From Candidatus Omnitrophota bacterium (GTDB taxonomy: Bacteria; Omnitrophota; Gorgyraeia; DTHP01), in assembly GCA_023819145.1 (NCBI GenBank), contig JAMWCW010000001.1, forward strand, positions 66,400 to 130,399: DNA of 64,000 nt, in the 5' to 3' direction. Shown piece by piece: positions 54,698 through 64,000 of the stretch; within the stretch, counting starts at the first letter, position 1, and each line of letters starts with the position of its first letter. The translations under genes and the position numbers were made by a program. Below the pieces are notes generated by a model. It saw only the letters and a list, made by a program, of their open reading frames with translations. It was not told the DNA's origin and searched no databases.

Positions 54698-55969
54698 ATG
54701 GAGAGAAAATTTATTTTTCTTTTAATTTTATGTTTTTTTATAATTGGTTGCGGAAAGAAAGAGACAAGAGAATCTATACCCACCATTAAAGTAGCCTTTT
54801 GGGGTACTCCTGAAGAGGTAGAGATTATAGAGAATATCATTCTACCTTGGCAAAAGGAGCATCCGCAAATAAAAGTAGAATTACAACACTCCCCTTTTGC
54901 CGGTTATGTGAATAAGATTCTAACACGGATTGCTGGTGGCGCTCCACCTGATGTGATATGTGCCGAGGCAAATCTTTTTGTAAGTTTATGGAATAAAGGG
55001 ATATTTTTAAATCTTAGTCCTTTTCTCGAGAAAGAAATAGGCTTTTCTATAAAAGATTTCTTTCCCGAAGTAGTCAATCGTTTTACTGTGGAGGGGAAGG
55101 TCTATGGTATTCCTCGGGACACCGCTCCCTTTGCTTGCGTTTATTACAACAAGAAGATTTTTGACGAGAAGAATGTTTCCTATCCTACTGATGATTGGAG
55201 TTGGCAGGATTTATTAGAAAAAGCAAAAGCCCTTACTGAATATGATGAACAAGGGAGAGCCCTCTGTTATGGTTTTTACGGCTGGGCTTGGCAGAATTTT
55301 ATCTATTCTAACGGAGGTGCTCTTGTAGATAATGTAGAAAAACCTACTCTTTGTCTTCTGGACCGTCCTGAATCTATTGAGGGTTTAGAATTTTATGTCG
55401 ATTTAATTCATAAGTATAAAGTTTCTCCTACACCTACTGCTCTCATAAACTTGGGGATGGGGGTCCAGATGATGTTTATGACCGGAAGGCTAGCAATGTT
55501 TTCTTCAGGAATCTGGGAGACCCCTATTTTAAGAAAAGCAAAAGATTTTGATTGGGATGTGGTAATGTTTCCCAAAGGGCCAAAAGGCATCAGGGGGTTT
55601 GGAACAGGAGGGAGTGCCTATGGAATTTTGAAAACAACGAAATATCCTAAAGAAGCTTGGGAGGTAGTAAAGGCACTTACTAATGAAAGAGCCCAGACAA
55701 TTCTCGCAGATTCCGGACTCGCTCAGCCGGCGAATCGGAAAATAGCAGAGAGTGAACATTTTGCTTTGGATGAGAAGTTACCAAAGAATAAGAAAATGCT
55801 TAACGAAGCAGTAAAATATATTTCTTACGAACCTTTTCATGGCCGTTGGAGGGAGATTAATGAGTTGTATATTGTGCCTGAACTTGATATGGTTTTTAAT
55901 GGACAGAAGAGTGTACGGGAAGCGATTGCTAAGATTGTTCCCGATATAAATAAGTTATTGAAACAATAA
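54698..55969 (+). CDS. ABC transporter sugar-binding lipoprotein (solute-binding protein family 1)
   Basis: Lipobox IIGC; size and pattern fit SBP_bac_1. No cognate permease genes nearby. Confidence 0.55.
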   Translation: MERKFIFLLILCFFIIGCGKKETRESIPTIKVAFWGTPEEVEIIENIILPWQKEHPQIKVELQHSPFAGYVNKILTRIAGGAPPDVICAEANLFVSLWNKGIFLNLSPFLEKEIGFSIKDFFPEVVNRFTVEGKVYGIPRDTAPFACVYYNKKIFDEKNVSYPTDDWSWQDLLEKAKALTEYDEQGRALCYGFYGWAWQNFIYSNGGALVDNVEKPTLCLLDRPESIEGLEFYVDLIHKYKVSPTPTALINLGMGVQMMFMTGRLAMFSSGIWETPILRKAKDFDWDVVMFPKGPKGIRGFGTGGSAYGILKTTKYPKEAWEVVKALTNERAQTILADSGLAQPANRKIAESEHFALDEKLPKNKKMLNEAVKYISYEPFHGRWREINELYIVPELDMVFNGQKSVREAIAKIVPDINKLLKQ

Positions 55970-55987
55970 AAAAGAGGAGGTGGGAAA

Positions 55988-57190
55988 ATGGCGGAAGAAA
56001 TTTTTGGTGAAGAAATAATGAGCGACCGTGAAAGGAAGAACTGGGTAATTCTGGATTTGATTCGGCGTAAGGGACCAATTACCCGAACCGAAATTTCTAA
56101 GGAAACACAGCTTAATATAGTGACAGTTTCCAACTATATTAATAGTTATATTCAAAAAGGATTGGTTTTAGAAGGGGGGCTTGATGTTTCCAGCGGTGGT
56201 CGAAGACCGGTGATGGTAGAGCTTAATCCCAAGGCGGGATTTGTTGTTGGTGTCGGTCTTGACCTTTTTAATATTATAGGGCTTACTACTGATCTTCAGG
56301 CAAATGTCTTGGTTAAGGTAAAGAAACCTCGTCCTGTTGGTTCCGAGGATATGGTTATAGACAATATCGTAGATTTGGTAGATGAGTTAATGAAGAAATC
56401 TGAATTGGAACCCTCCAAGATTAAGGGTTTAGGAGTAGGCATTCCCGGAATAATAGACCGCCGAGTAGGGACAATTCGCTGGCCAAATCAGATGGGAAGT
56501 ATTTATATTTCTACTTTGAAGAGTCTATTGGAACAGAAATTTGGCATTCCTACCTTTATCGAGAATGATGCCACTGTTGCCGCCTGCGGAGAAAGAGAAC
56601 TGGAATTGGAAACAGGAGTCCAGAATCTTATATTTATGTATTCGGGAGTAGGTTCGGGGATTATTATTAATGGTCAGGTTTACCGTGGAGCAAGTGGATG
56701 TGCGGGAGAACTGGGGATTGCTAATTTTACCGAAGATGAGAAACATAAATGGGGTGGTATGGCACGTTGGGAAGCAGATTTGGGCTTAACAACGCGGGCA
56801 ATAGAAGCGATTAAGAAAGGAGAAAAGACACGGATTTTTGATCTGGCCAATGGAGATGTAAATAAGATTACCATGAAAACCGTGGTGGAAGCAGCCAAAG
56901 AAGGCGATGCATTAGCTGATAAATTGGTAGAAGAGGCGGGTATAGAACTGGGTATACGTATTGCCTACTTGGTTAACTTTCTCAATCCTGAAGTAGTGGT
57001 AATCGGAGGAGGGATTGAACGTGCGGGGGCAGTGCTTCTCGATGCTATAAAACGCACGGTGAGAGCAAGAGCGTTTGAAGAAATGGCAAATGTTGTGCGT
57101 ATTGTCCCTACCCAGTTGGGAGAAGATTCGGTTGCTATGGGTGCAGTAAGTTTGGTAATTCAAGAAATCTTTACCCATGTGATGCTTTAA
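55988..57190 (+). CDS. ROK-family transcriptional regulator (N-terminal wHTH plus ROK sugar-kinase-like domain)
   Basis: ILDLIRRKGPITRTEISKETQLNIVTVSNYIN (HTH); GVGIPGIIDRRVGTI and the Cys/His-rich CAGELG region are typical of ROK. Confidence 0.65.
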   Translation: MAEEIFGEEIMSDRERKNWVILDLIRRKGPITRTEISKETQLNIVTVSNYINSYIQKGLVLEGGLDVSSGGRRPVMVELNPKAGFVVGVGLDLFNIIGLTTDLQANVLVKVKKPRPVGSEDMVIDNIVDLVDELMKKSELEPSKIKGLGVGIPGIIDRRVGTIRWPNQMGSIYISTLKSLLEQKFGIPTFIENDATVAACGERELELETGVQNLIFMYSGVGSGIIINGQVYRGASGCAGELGIANFTEDEKHKWGGMARWEADLGLTTRAIEAIKKGEKTRIFDLANGDVNKITMKTVVEAAKEGDALADKLVEEAGIELGIRIAYLVNFLNPEVVVIGGGIERAGAVLLDAIKRTVRARAFEEMANVVRIVPTQLGEDSVAMGAVSLVIQEIFTHVML

Positions 57191-57230
57191 ATTCTAAAAG
57201 AATAAAGACACATAGAGAAGAAACAAAAGA

Positions 57231-57425
57231 ATGGAATGTACCCAAAAGAAAAATTTGGATTTTTGCACTTGCACTTACGAACCCTGTCCTCGTAAAGGCA
57301 AGTGCTGTGAATGTATAATCTATCATCGAAACAAGGGGCAACTTCCCGGATGTCTTTTCCCACCCCAGGCAGAGAAATCTTACGACCGTTCTCTGAAAGC
57401 ATTCATCTCTGCGTTTAAGAAATAG
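57231..57425 (+). CDS. Small Cys-rich protein (64 aa)
   Basis: CTCTYEPCPRKGKCCECIIYHRNKGQLPGC has 8 Cys in 30 residues, a probable metal-binding module. Confidence 0.3.
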   Translation: MECTQKKNLDFCTCTYEPCPRKGKCCECIIYHRNKGQLPGCLFPPQAEKSYDRSLKAFISAFKK

Positions 57426-57434
57426 AGGGGAATT

Positions 57435-57854
57435 ATGGAAAGCAAAGATAATGGTTTAATTGAAATGGAACTTTTTAGAATCCAGATAGATGAAAATAGA
57501 GGAGAACAGGTGATTGTTCTCAAGGAAAAAAATGGCACACGCACTATGCCCATTGTTATTGGCATTGTGGAAGCTACAGCCATAAAGATGAAAATCGGTG
57601 GTTTTTCGCCTCCTCGTCCTTTGACGCACGATTTACTTAATAATACTATTAAGGAACTGGATGCCCATTTAGAACGGATTGTGGTAGAAAAACTTGAGGA
57701 TAATATTTTTTATGCTAAGCTTGTAATCCGAGATTATGTGGGTAATTTTAGAGAAGTTGATGCCCGTCCATCCGACTCTATTGCTTTAGCCCTCCGTGCC
57801 AATGCTCCTATCTTTGTACGCAACGAAGTTTTAGAAAAATTGAAGCTTACATGA
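57435..57854 (+). CDS. Bifunctional nuclease family protein (BFN/DUF151)
   Basis: MPIVIGIVEATAI...PRPLTHDL...VDARPSDSIALALRANAPIFV matches the BFN domain. Confidence 0.55.
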   Translation: MESKDNGLIEMELFRIQIDENRGEQVIVLKEKNGTRTMPIVIGIVEATAIKMKIGGFSPPRPLTHDLLNNTIKELDAHLERIVVEKLEDNIFYAKLVIRDYVGNFREVDARPSDSIALALRANAPIFVRNEVLEKLKLT

Positions 57855-58897
57855 ACACCTTTGAATTTCAAGCTACAGGTATTGGGAGTTTAGGACACGT
57901 TAATTACCAGGAAGCGGTTTCTTTTGTATTAGACCTTTTTCCCGAAATTCCTTTTTGGGTTCAGCTTCCCCAGCGCTGTTTCCGAGAGAATATGTATGTT
58001 CAATTTAGTGAAGGTATTCCTGGTATTGTAGTTAAGGAAGAAGAGAGGAAGGTCTATGTTGATACACGGAAAATAACTGAAGAGGACTTGTCCAATATCT
58101 ACGAGCATTATCTTGGAGGCAAGAATGATTTTTTTGGGATAAGCAAAGAATACGCGGAGGGATTTTATGAGTTTATTGAACAGCTAAGAGCAAAAAAGAT
58201 TTCTTGCTCTTTCCTAAAAGGTCAGATTATCGGACCGATTAGTTTTATGCTTACGGTCACCGACGATTCTAAAAAACCGCTTATCTATCAGGAACAAATT
58301 GCAGACTCAATTCTTAAAATTCTTACAATGAAAGCCAGATGGCAAGTAAGAAGATTAAAAGAGATTGCTCAAAGGGTAATTATTTTCGTTGATGAGCCGT
58401 ATTTAGTTTCTCTCGGTTCAGGTTATGTGAATTTAGACTTTCGGGATGTTTTGAAGAATCTTGATGAAATGATTGAGGGTATTCGGCAGGAAAATGCCTT
58501 GGTGGGGATTCACTGCTGTGGGAATACCGATTGGGGATTGTTAACTCAGACAAAAACTGATATCATAAGTTTCGATGCTTATAATTTTAGCGAATCAATT
58601 TTAGTGTATTCTGAAGCGATAAATATTTTTATGAAACGAGGGGGGGTAATTGCTTGGGGAATAGTTCCTACGGACTCTGACGTGGAAAAACTCAGCTCTA
58701 AGGAGTTATTTAAGAAATTTATGGAAACAGTAGAAATACTTGTTTCCAAGGGATTAAATAGAGAGTTGATTTATAAGCAGTCAATAATTACTCCCGGCTG
58801 TGGTTTAGGAAGCTTTTCCTCAGAGAAAGGAGAGGTTGTTCTCCGCGCTACTTGTGAATTATCTCGTAAGTTAAGAAAAGAATTGTTTTTCAGGTAG
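57851..58897 (+). CDS. UroD/MetE-superfamily protein (cobalamin-independent methionine synthase-like or methyltransferase-like)
   Basis: IIFVDEPYLVS and GIHCCGNTDW resemble the MetE C-terminal barrel and Zn site. Weak assignment. Confidence 0.35.
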   Translation: MNTFEFQATGIGSLGHVNYQEAVSFVLDLFPEIPFWVQLPQRCFRENMYVQFSEGIPGIVVKEEERKVYVDTRKITEEDLSNIYEHYLGGKNDFFGISKEYAEGFYEFIEQLRAKKISCSFLKGQIIGPISFMLTVTDDSKKPLIYQEQIADSILKILTMKARWQVRRLKEIAQRVIIFVDEPYLVSLGSGYVNLDFRDVLKNLDEMIEGIRQENALVGIHCCGNTDWGLLTQTKTDIISFDAYNFSESILVYSEAINIFMKRGGVIAWGIVPTDSDVEKLSSKELFKKFMETVEILVSKGLNRELIYKQSIITPGCGLGSFSSEKGEVVLRATCELSRKLRKELFFR

Positions 58898-58899
58898 TT

Positions 58900-60069
58900 A
58901 TGAAATTTAATAAGCCTCTTACGCGCAGAAACTTCATAAAAAAAACCTGCCTCTTTTGCTTAAGTTTGGGGTTTTCCGGTCTCATAAAGTCTCTCCTCAA
59001 AGAAAAATTTGTCTTTGGAGATATCCTGCTTCGTCAGGGAATGCGGGAGGCAATGTTTTATGATGTTATAGATACGGAGACGGTGCAGTGTCATTTATGT
59101 CCACGTAATTGCACATTGACAAACGGTCAGCGCAGTTTCTGTCGTGTAAGGGAACCCGAGAAGGGTAAACTTTATAGTTTAGTTTATGGGCTTGCTTGTG
59201 CGGTGCATGTTGACCCGATAGAGAAAAAACCCATATTTCATATGCTTCCCGGAACGAGTTCCTTTTCTATAGCTACGGTAGGTTGCAATCTCCGTTGTAA
59301 GTTCTGTCAGAACTGGACAATTTCGCAGGTTAAGCCAGAGGAAGTTGACTACCTATATTTACCGCCACTGGAGGTTATTAAAATGGCTGAGGAAAAAAAA
59401 TGTGCATCCATTGCCTATACTTATACAGAACCAACTATCTTCTATGAGTATATGCTTGATACCGCAAAACTCGCTAAAGAAAAAAATATAAAAAATATTT
59501 ATGTCACCGCTGGCTATATTAATCCCCAGCCCGCAAGACTTTTAGCTAAATATATTGATGCGGCAAACATTGACCTTAAGGCATATGATGATGAGTATCT
59601 CCAAAATATCTGTGCCCAGAGACTCGAGCCTCTTCTTGAAGCAATAAAGTTGTTTAAGGATTTAGGAGGCTGGGTAGAGATTACTAACTTAATTCTTCCC
59701 ACATTGAATGACAAAATGGAAAAAATTCGCCAAATGTGCTACTGGATAAAGAAGAATTTAGGTGCGGATACCCCTATACATTTTTCAAGATTTTCTCCAA
59801 TGTATAAGATGGTTCATTTACCTTCTACACCAGTTTCTACCTTGGAGGAGGCAAGAAGGGTAGCCATGGAGGTTGGGCTTAACTATGTTTATATCGGAAA
59901 TGCTCCCGGACATCCCGGAGAACATACCTACTGTCCGGGATGTAAAAAAATACTTATCGAAAGAAAAGGATTTTTTCTAACCCAATATAATTTAAATAAA
60001 AATAGATGTAAATATTGCAAGTGCGAGATTGCCGGAATCTGGCCTGAAAAATATTCTTTAGTTGATTAG
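58900..60069 (+). CDS. Radical SAM enzyme of the PFL-activase-like AmmeMemoRadiSam type with N-terminal twin-arginine (Tat) signal
   Basis: CNLRCKFCQNW (CxxxCxxC); N-terminal CHLCPRNC...FCRVRE cluster; HVDPIEKKPIFHMLPG; Tat motif TRRNFIKK followed by a hydrophobic stretch. Confidence 0.55.
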   Translation: MKFNKPLTRRNFIKKTCLFCLSLGFSGLIKSLLKEKFVFGDILLRQGMREAMFYDVIDTETVQCHLCPRNCTLTNGQRSFCRVREPEKGKLYSLVYGLACAVHVDPIEKKPIFHMLPGTSSFSIATVGCNLRCKFCQNWTISQVKPEEVDYLYLPPLEVIKMAEEKKCASIAYTYTEPTIFYEYMLDTAKLAKEKNIKNIYVTAGYINPQPARLLAKYIDAANIDLKAYDDEYLQNICAQRLEPLLEAIKLFKDLGGWVEITNLILPTLNDKMEKIRQMCYWIKKNLGADTPIHFSRFSPMYKMVHLPSTPVSTLEEARRVAMEVGLNYVYIGNAPGHPGEHTYCPGCKKILIERKGFFLTQYNLNKNRCKYCKCEIAGIWPEKYSLVD

Positions 60070-60161
60070 AGGTTCATCCCTTGACGCTCTCCTAAGAATA
60101 TGCTATCTTTTATATTAGAGAGATTAAATTACTTTTTAAATTAAAATAAAAAGGTGTTTTT

Positions 60162-61886
60162 ATGATGAATAAGAAAAAATTATGTATCACAATTGTATTT
60201 TTAACTTTATTCTTATCAGCTGGAGATATCTGTTTTGCCCGTCGAATACCCTCATATTTTAGTCTTTCGCAAATTCTTAACGCGGCGTATGTTCGAGGAT
60301 ATCTTACCCCAGAAGAGATAACTGCCCTGTATCGAAGATCTTCCGGAAAGGCAGATTTAACAGATATGCAAGGTGAGGTCAAACTTGCCATCTTACTTGA
60401 TGGGAGGTCTCTTCCTGTCAGGGTTTATGGCGGATATATCGATGTGGGACAAGACAGATTCGTTATTCAGATTAAAGGGGAAGAAGAAACAGGTTTATAT
60501 AATGAAATTATTTTCCAAGAAGGAAATGCAGGAAAACCTTTTGTTATAAATCTAAGGACCGGCGGGACCATCAGCATGGAAGAGAAAGACGAAAAAAGAG
60601 GAACAGCAAGAGATGGGCTTAAATCAGAATTACCATATATCCAGGTTGGTTCTACGAGGTGGGATTCCAGCCAGATTGGCGGAGAAGAACTGCTTACCTT
60701 AGTAAATTGTGTTTCACGGGTATTGGATTTAGGTATGGTTCCTTTGATTACGCATGGGACTGATACGATGGAGATCACCGCATTTATTCTCAGTCTTTTG
60801 TTTCCTAATAGATTTATGGTTATGACCGGTGCTTTTGATGCTGCCAACACTCCCGGAGGAGACGCTCCTATTAATTTTAGGTCTTCCCAGCAATTAGCCG
60901 AAAGTGGTAATGTTCCAGCACATCTCTATGTAGTGATGAACAATAAAATTCATTTGGGCTCACGGCTGGTGAAAGTAGGGACGTCTAAAGAATATGGATT
61001 TTTAAGTTATGGTGGCCATATTGGAGAAATAGATGAAAACGGTGTGATTCGGTTTAATAACTCTTTTCTGGTTGAAGAAAAGAGTTTTTCCTCCACTATA
61101 CTTGACCCCACAAAATACGGAATTTCTGATACGGTGTTATTTTATAGTAACGCTTACTTACCACTTATTGCTATCAAGACACTAACCACACAATTAATCA
61201 CCAAAAAGGAATCTGGTGGAAGACCGGGTTTAGTTATAGAAGGAAGTCTCCCCCCAGGAAGCGAACCTTTCTTGGATATGCTTTTTCAGAGAGGTATTCC
61301 CGTATTTGTAGAGGATGTTAATCAGGAAATTACAGGCGTTTTTAAAATCCCCGATTGGCTTAGTCCTTTGCAGGCTTGGGCAAAACTCAGTTTATTGCTC
61401 AATCAATTTGAGAACGAGGTGATACCAGATTTAATGCTTTTAGATATAGCTGGAGAAAAGGTTTATCACGATTATCTGTGGATAAAAAAGGCAGAAGAAG
61501 TGTCTCGACCTTACAGTGAAAGGATTCCTCGTCAGAAAATCAGCGGAAATTTCTATTCTAATGCAGGGAGAGCAGTGAGTTTTGTTTTGACCTTTCCTGG
61601 CTCAATGTCAAAAGCAGTTTTGAAATCAGAGATAGATAGACTTTTGGCAACACCTGCCCAAGAAAAGATTCTTGTAATTGAAGGCGCAGGAAATGGTAAT
61701 GTTGACTTGCAGTTAAACGATTTGCTAAGCTTTGCGCTGAATAAAGGTATTAAAGTTGTAGTAATTGCCCGTCCAGTTACAGGCAGAGCAGATCTAAGCT
61801 ATGATGTAGCACTTAAATTAGATTCCCGCTGTATACATGCGGATGGTTTGGGTAGGGACTATTTGTTGAGCTTACTTGAGCCATAG
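60162..61886 (+). CDS. Secreted L-asparaginase-family protein (574 aa) with hydrophobic plus FARRIPS leader
   Basis: RTGGTISME (TGGTIA Thr motif), LITHGTDTMEITAF (hGTDTm), ILVIEGAGNGN near the C-terminus. Confidence 0.5.
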   Translation: MMNKKKLCITIVFLTLFLSAGDICFARRIPSYFSLSQILNAAYVRGYLTPEEITALYRRSSGKADLTDMQGEVKLAILLDGRSLPVRVYGGYIDVGQDRFVIQIKGEEETGLYNEIIFQEGNAGKPFVINLRTGGTISMEEKDEKRGTARDGLKSELPYIQVGSTRWDSSQIGGEELLTLVNCVSRVLDLGMVPLITHGTDTMEITAFILSLLFPNRFMVMTGAFDAANTPGGDAPINFRSSQQLAESGNVPAHLYVVMNNKIHLGSRLVKVGTSKEYGFLSYGGHIGEIDENGVIRFNNSFLVEEKSFSSTILDPTKYGISDTVLFYSNAYLPLIAIKTLTTQLITKKESGGRPGLVIEGSLPPGSEPFLDMLFQRGIPVFVEDVNQEITGVFKIPDWLSPLQAWAKLSLLLNQFENEVIPDLMLLDIAGEKVYHDYLWIKKAEEVSRPYSERIPRQKISGNFYSNAGRAVSFVLTFPGSMSKAVLKSEIDRLLATPAQEKILVIEGAGNGNVDLQLNDLLSFALNKGIKVVVIARPVTGRADLSYDVALKLDSRCIHADGLGRDYLLSLLEP

Positions 61887-62010
61887 GGAATTAAAATCCT
61901 TCTAATTACTTTTTCATTGCTTATTATCCCACGGAGTGAACCTCTGATTCTTTTCTAGATTTTAGATAAATTTGTACGGAATTAGTAGAGAACTATTAAA
62001 TTTAATTTCC

Positions 62011-62039
62011 TTGACAAGCAGTCAGATAAGTTCTAAAAT
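62011..62039 (+). promoter_or_regulatory. Sigma70-like promoter TTGACA-N17-TAAAAT
   Basis: ccttgacaagcagtcagataagttctaaaat. Confidence 0.4.
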
Positions 62040-62051
62040 ATTCCCCAATTA

Positions 62052-62069
62052 TTGTGAAAAAAATCACAA
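62052..62069. promoter_or_regulatory. CRP/FNR-family (HcpR-type) binding palindrome TTGTGA-N6-TCACAA
   Basis: ttgtgaaaaaaatcacaa is a perfect 18-bp palindrome ~10 nt upstream of the asrA-like start codon and just downstream of the predicted -10. Confidence 0.55.
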
Positions 62070-62078
62070 ATTTATAAA

Positions 62079-63134
62079 ATGCCTCTATACTATTTCCCCA
62101 GAGCCAAGTGTTTAGAATTCTTATCTCTTTTAGAGAAAGAATATGAGCTTTATCTCCCTTCGGTAATAGAAGGTAAAGGTATATCTTGCGAATTCGGTTA
62201 CAATTTACCGATAACCGATTTCACACTGGTGAAATACTCATCTTCTAAAGAATCCGATTTATTCTTTAATTCTTATCGAACCGTAGAGCCTTTAAAAACA
62301 TTTTTTACTTTTCCTAAAGAAAAACTTGTTTCTAAGAAAGAAAAATTTGCCATTTTGGGAGTTAAAAATTGCGATTTATTCTCTTTAAAAATTCAGGATT
62401 ATGTTTTTTTAGAAGGAATAGTTTCTGACCCTTTCTACCGAGCGAGGAGAGAAAACTCTTTAATTATCTCTGGAGATTGCACTGCTTTTAAAGAAGTATG
62501 TTTCTGTTTGTCTTTGGAAATAAATCCCTATCCTGGGGATGGTTTTGATATAAACCTCTCTCCTTTAGAAGACGGTTTTTTGGTAGAGGCGGGTTCTTTA
62601 AAAGGTGAAGAGATAATTAAGAAAGGTAAAGGCATTTTTTCCTTAGCGCAAAATGAACAGATTGCCAAACGGATTGAAAACAGAGAGGCTTTTAAGAAGA
62701 GTTTGGATAAACATATTCAATTCCATAATATTCCTAAAAAAGAGGTTCTGCAAAAAATAGTCAAAGATGGATTTAGTTCTTCTTTATGGCAGGAAGAAGC
62801 TCTCCGTTGTGTAGAATGTGGAGGATGTAATTTATCTTGTCCCACTTGTCACTGTTTTTTACTGGCTGAAGATAGATTTGGTAATGCGCACGAAAAGGTG
62901 CGCCTCTGGGATGCCTGTCTTTATGCCAATTTTGCTAGGGTAGCAGGGGGAGCTAACCCTTTGCGTTATCGTTATCAACGTTTGCGTAATCGCTATTTGA
63001 AAAAATTTGATTTTTTCCCGGAGAATATTTCTTTGTTTGCCTGTTCTGGCTGTGGAAGGTGTATTGAGGTTTGTCCGGCAAAGATTGACATCAGGAAAAA
63101 TCTAAAAGAATTAAGTGTAAGGTGTAAAGTATAA
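62079..63134 (+). CDS. 4Fe-4S cluster protein, AsrA (anaerobic sulfite reductase subunit A) / sulfhydrogenase beta-like
   Basis: CVECGGCNLSCPTCHC and CSGCGRCIEVCP are ferredoxin-type Cys motifs. ~350-aa size and an FNR-like partner gene immediately downstream. Confidence 0.5.
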   Translation: MPLYYFPRAKCLEFLSLLEKEYELYLPSVIEGKGISCEFGYNLPITDFTLVKYSSSKESDLFFNSYRTVEPLKTFFTFPKEKLVSKKEKFAILGVKNCDLFSLKIQDYVFLEGIVSDPFYRARRENSLIISGDCTAFKEVCFCLSLEINPYPGDGFDINLSPLEDGFLVEAGSLKGEEIIKKGKGIFSLAQNEQIAKRIENREAFKKSLDKHIQFHNIPKKEVLQKIVKDGFSSSLWQEEALRCVECGGCNLSCPTCHCFLLAEDRFGNAHEKVRLWDACLYANFARVAGGANPLRYRYQRLRNRYLKKFDFFPENISLFACSGCGRCIEVCPAKIDIRKNLKELSVRCKV

Positions 63135-63202
63135 AGTATGTATGATTTTTTTTGAATAAGCGGGAATTTATATCCTGTATATTTCATATTGAATAATACT
63201 AA

Positions 63203-64000
63203 GATGGATAATCCTTATCAACCTCTAAAAGCAACTTTAGAAACGATAATCACGGAAACGCCGAATATTAAAACTTTTGTGATGAAACCGGAAAAAGATT
63301 TTTCTTTTAAAACAGGGCAGTTTATTGAAGTTTCTTTTCCTGGTTTTGGAGAGGGACCTTTTACTCCCTCCTCTGACCCAGAGGTTAAGAATAGATTAGA
63401 AGTAACAATTATGAATGTCGGGAGACTTACTTCTAAACTCCATAGCCTTAGTGGGGGAGAGGTATTGGGGATACGTGGACCATATGGCAAAGGTTATCCT
63501 TTGGATAAATTTGTGGATAAGGACGTTTTAATAGTTGGTGGAGGAGTGGGACTTGCTCCTTTACGCTCTCTGCTTTTTGCCCTTTTTTCTGATATTAAGA
63601 GGTATAATAAAGTCATCTTGCGTTACGGAGCCCGTTCTCCCCAAGATATTGTTTATAAAAATTCTCTTCCCGAATGGGGCAAAAGAGAAAAAGTAGATGT
63701 TTTGGTTACTGTAGATGTCGGAGATAATAGTTGGAAAGGGAATGTGGGTTTGGTCACTTCTATCCTCAAAGATTTGCCTTTGGAGATAAGTAGGGCGGTA
63801 GCGGTTGTTTGTGGGCCACCGATAATGATGAAGTTTGTTACCTTGAAATTAGTGGATTTGGGTTTTGGTGCTCAGGATATCTATCTTTCAATGGAAAAGA
63901 ATATGTCCTGTGGTTTGGGAAAATGTGGGCATTGTCGACTGGGAAAATACTATGTCTGTCGCGATGGTCCGGTGTTTACCTATCAAGAGATGAAGGATAT
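63203..64000 (+). CDS. FAD/NAD(P)-binding oxidoreductase with C-terminal 2Fe-2S motif, AsrB / HydG / PyrK-like (3' partial at window end)
   Basis: FKTGQFIEVSFPG (FAD-binding), VGGGVGLAPLRSLL (NAD-binding GxGxxP), C-terminal CGLGKCGHCRLGKYYVC. Translated by eye; not in the ORF track because it runs off the window. Confidence 0.5.

Noticed and set aside
1-64000. CRISPR arrays, tRNA or rRNA genes
   Set aside because: Non-coding gaps were inspected (1211-1361, 3786-4015, 18472-19001, 23139-23395, 29444-29622, 30277-30418, 31613-31922, 43565-43824, 49026-49206, 61887-62078). No regularly spaced direct repeats and no cloverleaf or T-loop (GTTCGAATC-like) signatures were seen.

Overview
Low-GC (roughly 38-40% by eye) bacterial chromosomal window. 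Genes are densely packed and almost all on the + strand, most with strong AGGAGG-type ribosome-binding sites and TTGACG/TTGACA-N17-TATAAT-like promoters. Content in order: (1) a SAM-dependent methyltransferase and a divergently oriented hypothetical gene. (2) A ~16 kb block of consecutive genes encoding phosphoglycerate kinase-like, GAPDH-fusion, class II aldolase-like, PPi-type phosphofructokinase-like, a PLP aminotransferase fusion, an S8 subtilase and a split PEP-utilizing dikinase. Each carries an unusual N-terminal hydrophobic helix followed by a conserved x-RR-(I/V/L)-(K/R/H)-(T/S)-x-P motif and extra domains. (3) Three REP-like inverted-repeat doublets and a RAYT (IS200-like Y1) transposase bracketing two giant secreted repeat proteins, one a YD/RHS-repeat protein with an internal 830-bp tandem duplication. 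(4) A subtilisin-propeptide (I9)-like lipoprotein. (5) A TolC-like/MFP/two-RND efflux operon in which one RND permease carries a C-terminal winged-HTH tail. (6) An osmoprotection cluster (MscS, OtsA, OtsB, GT4). (7) Housekeeping genes (Sua5/TsaC, Pcm, membrane spermidine-synthase-like, class A beta-lactamase-like, a sugar-binding protein plus ROK regulator). (8) A compact operon with a bifunctional nuclease, a UroD/MetE-like protein and a Tat-signal radical SAM enzyme. (9) A secreted asparaginase-family protein. (10) An AsrA/AsrB-like Fe-S/flavin oxidoreductase pair preceded by a perfect TTGTGA-N6-TCACAA CRP/FNR-type palindrome. No rRNA, tRNA or CRISPR array was recognised. The most striking signal is the shared N-terminal leader on the central-carbon-metabolism paralogs, which looks like an undescribed targeting or anchoring system. 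All calls rest on motif recognition by eye; no database searches were possible.
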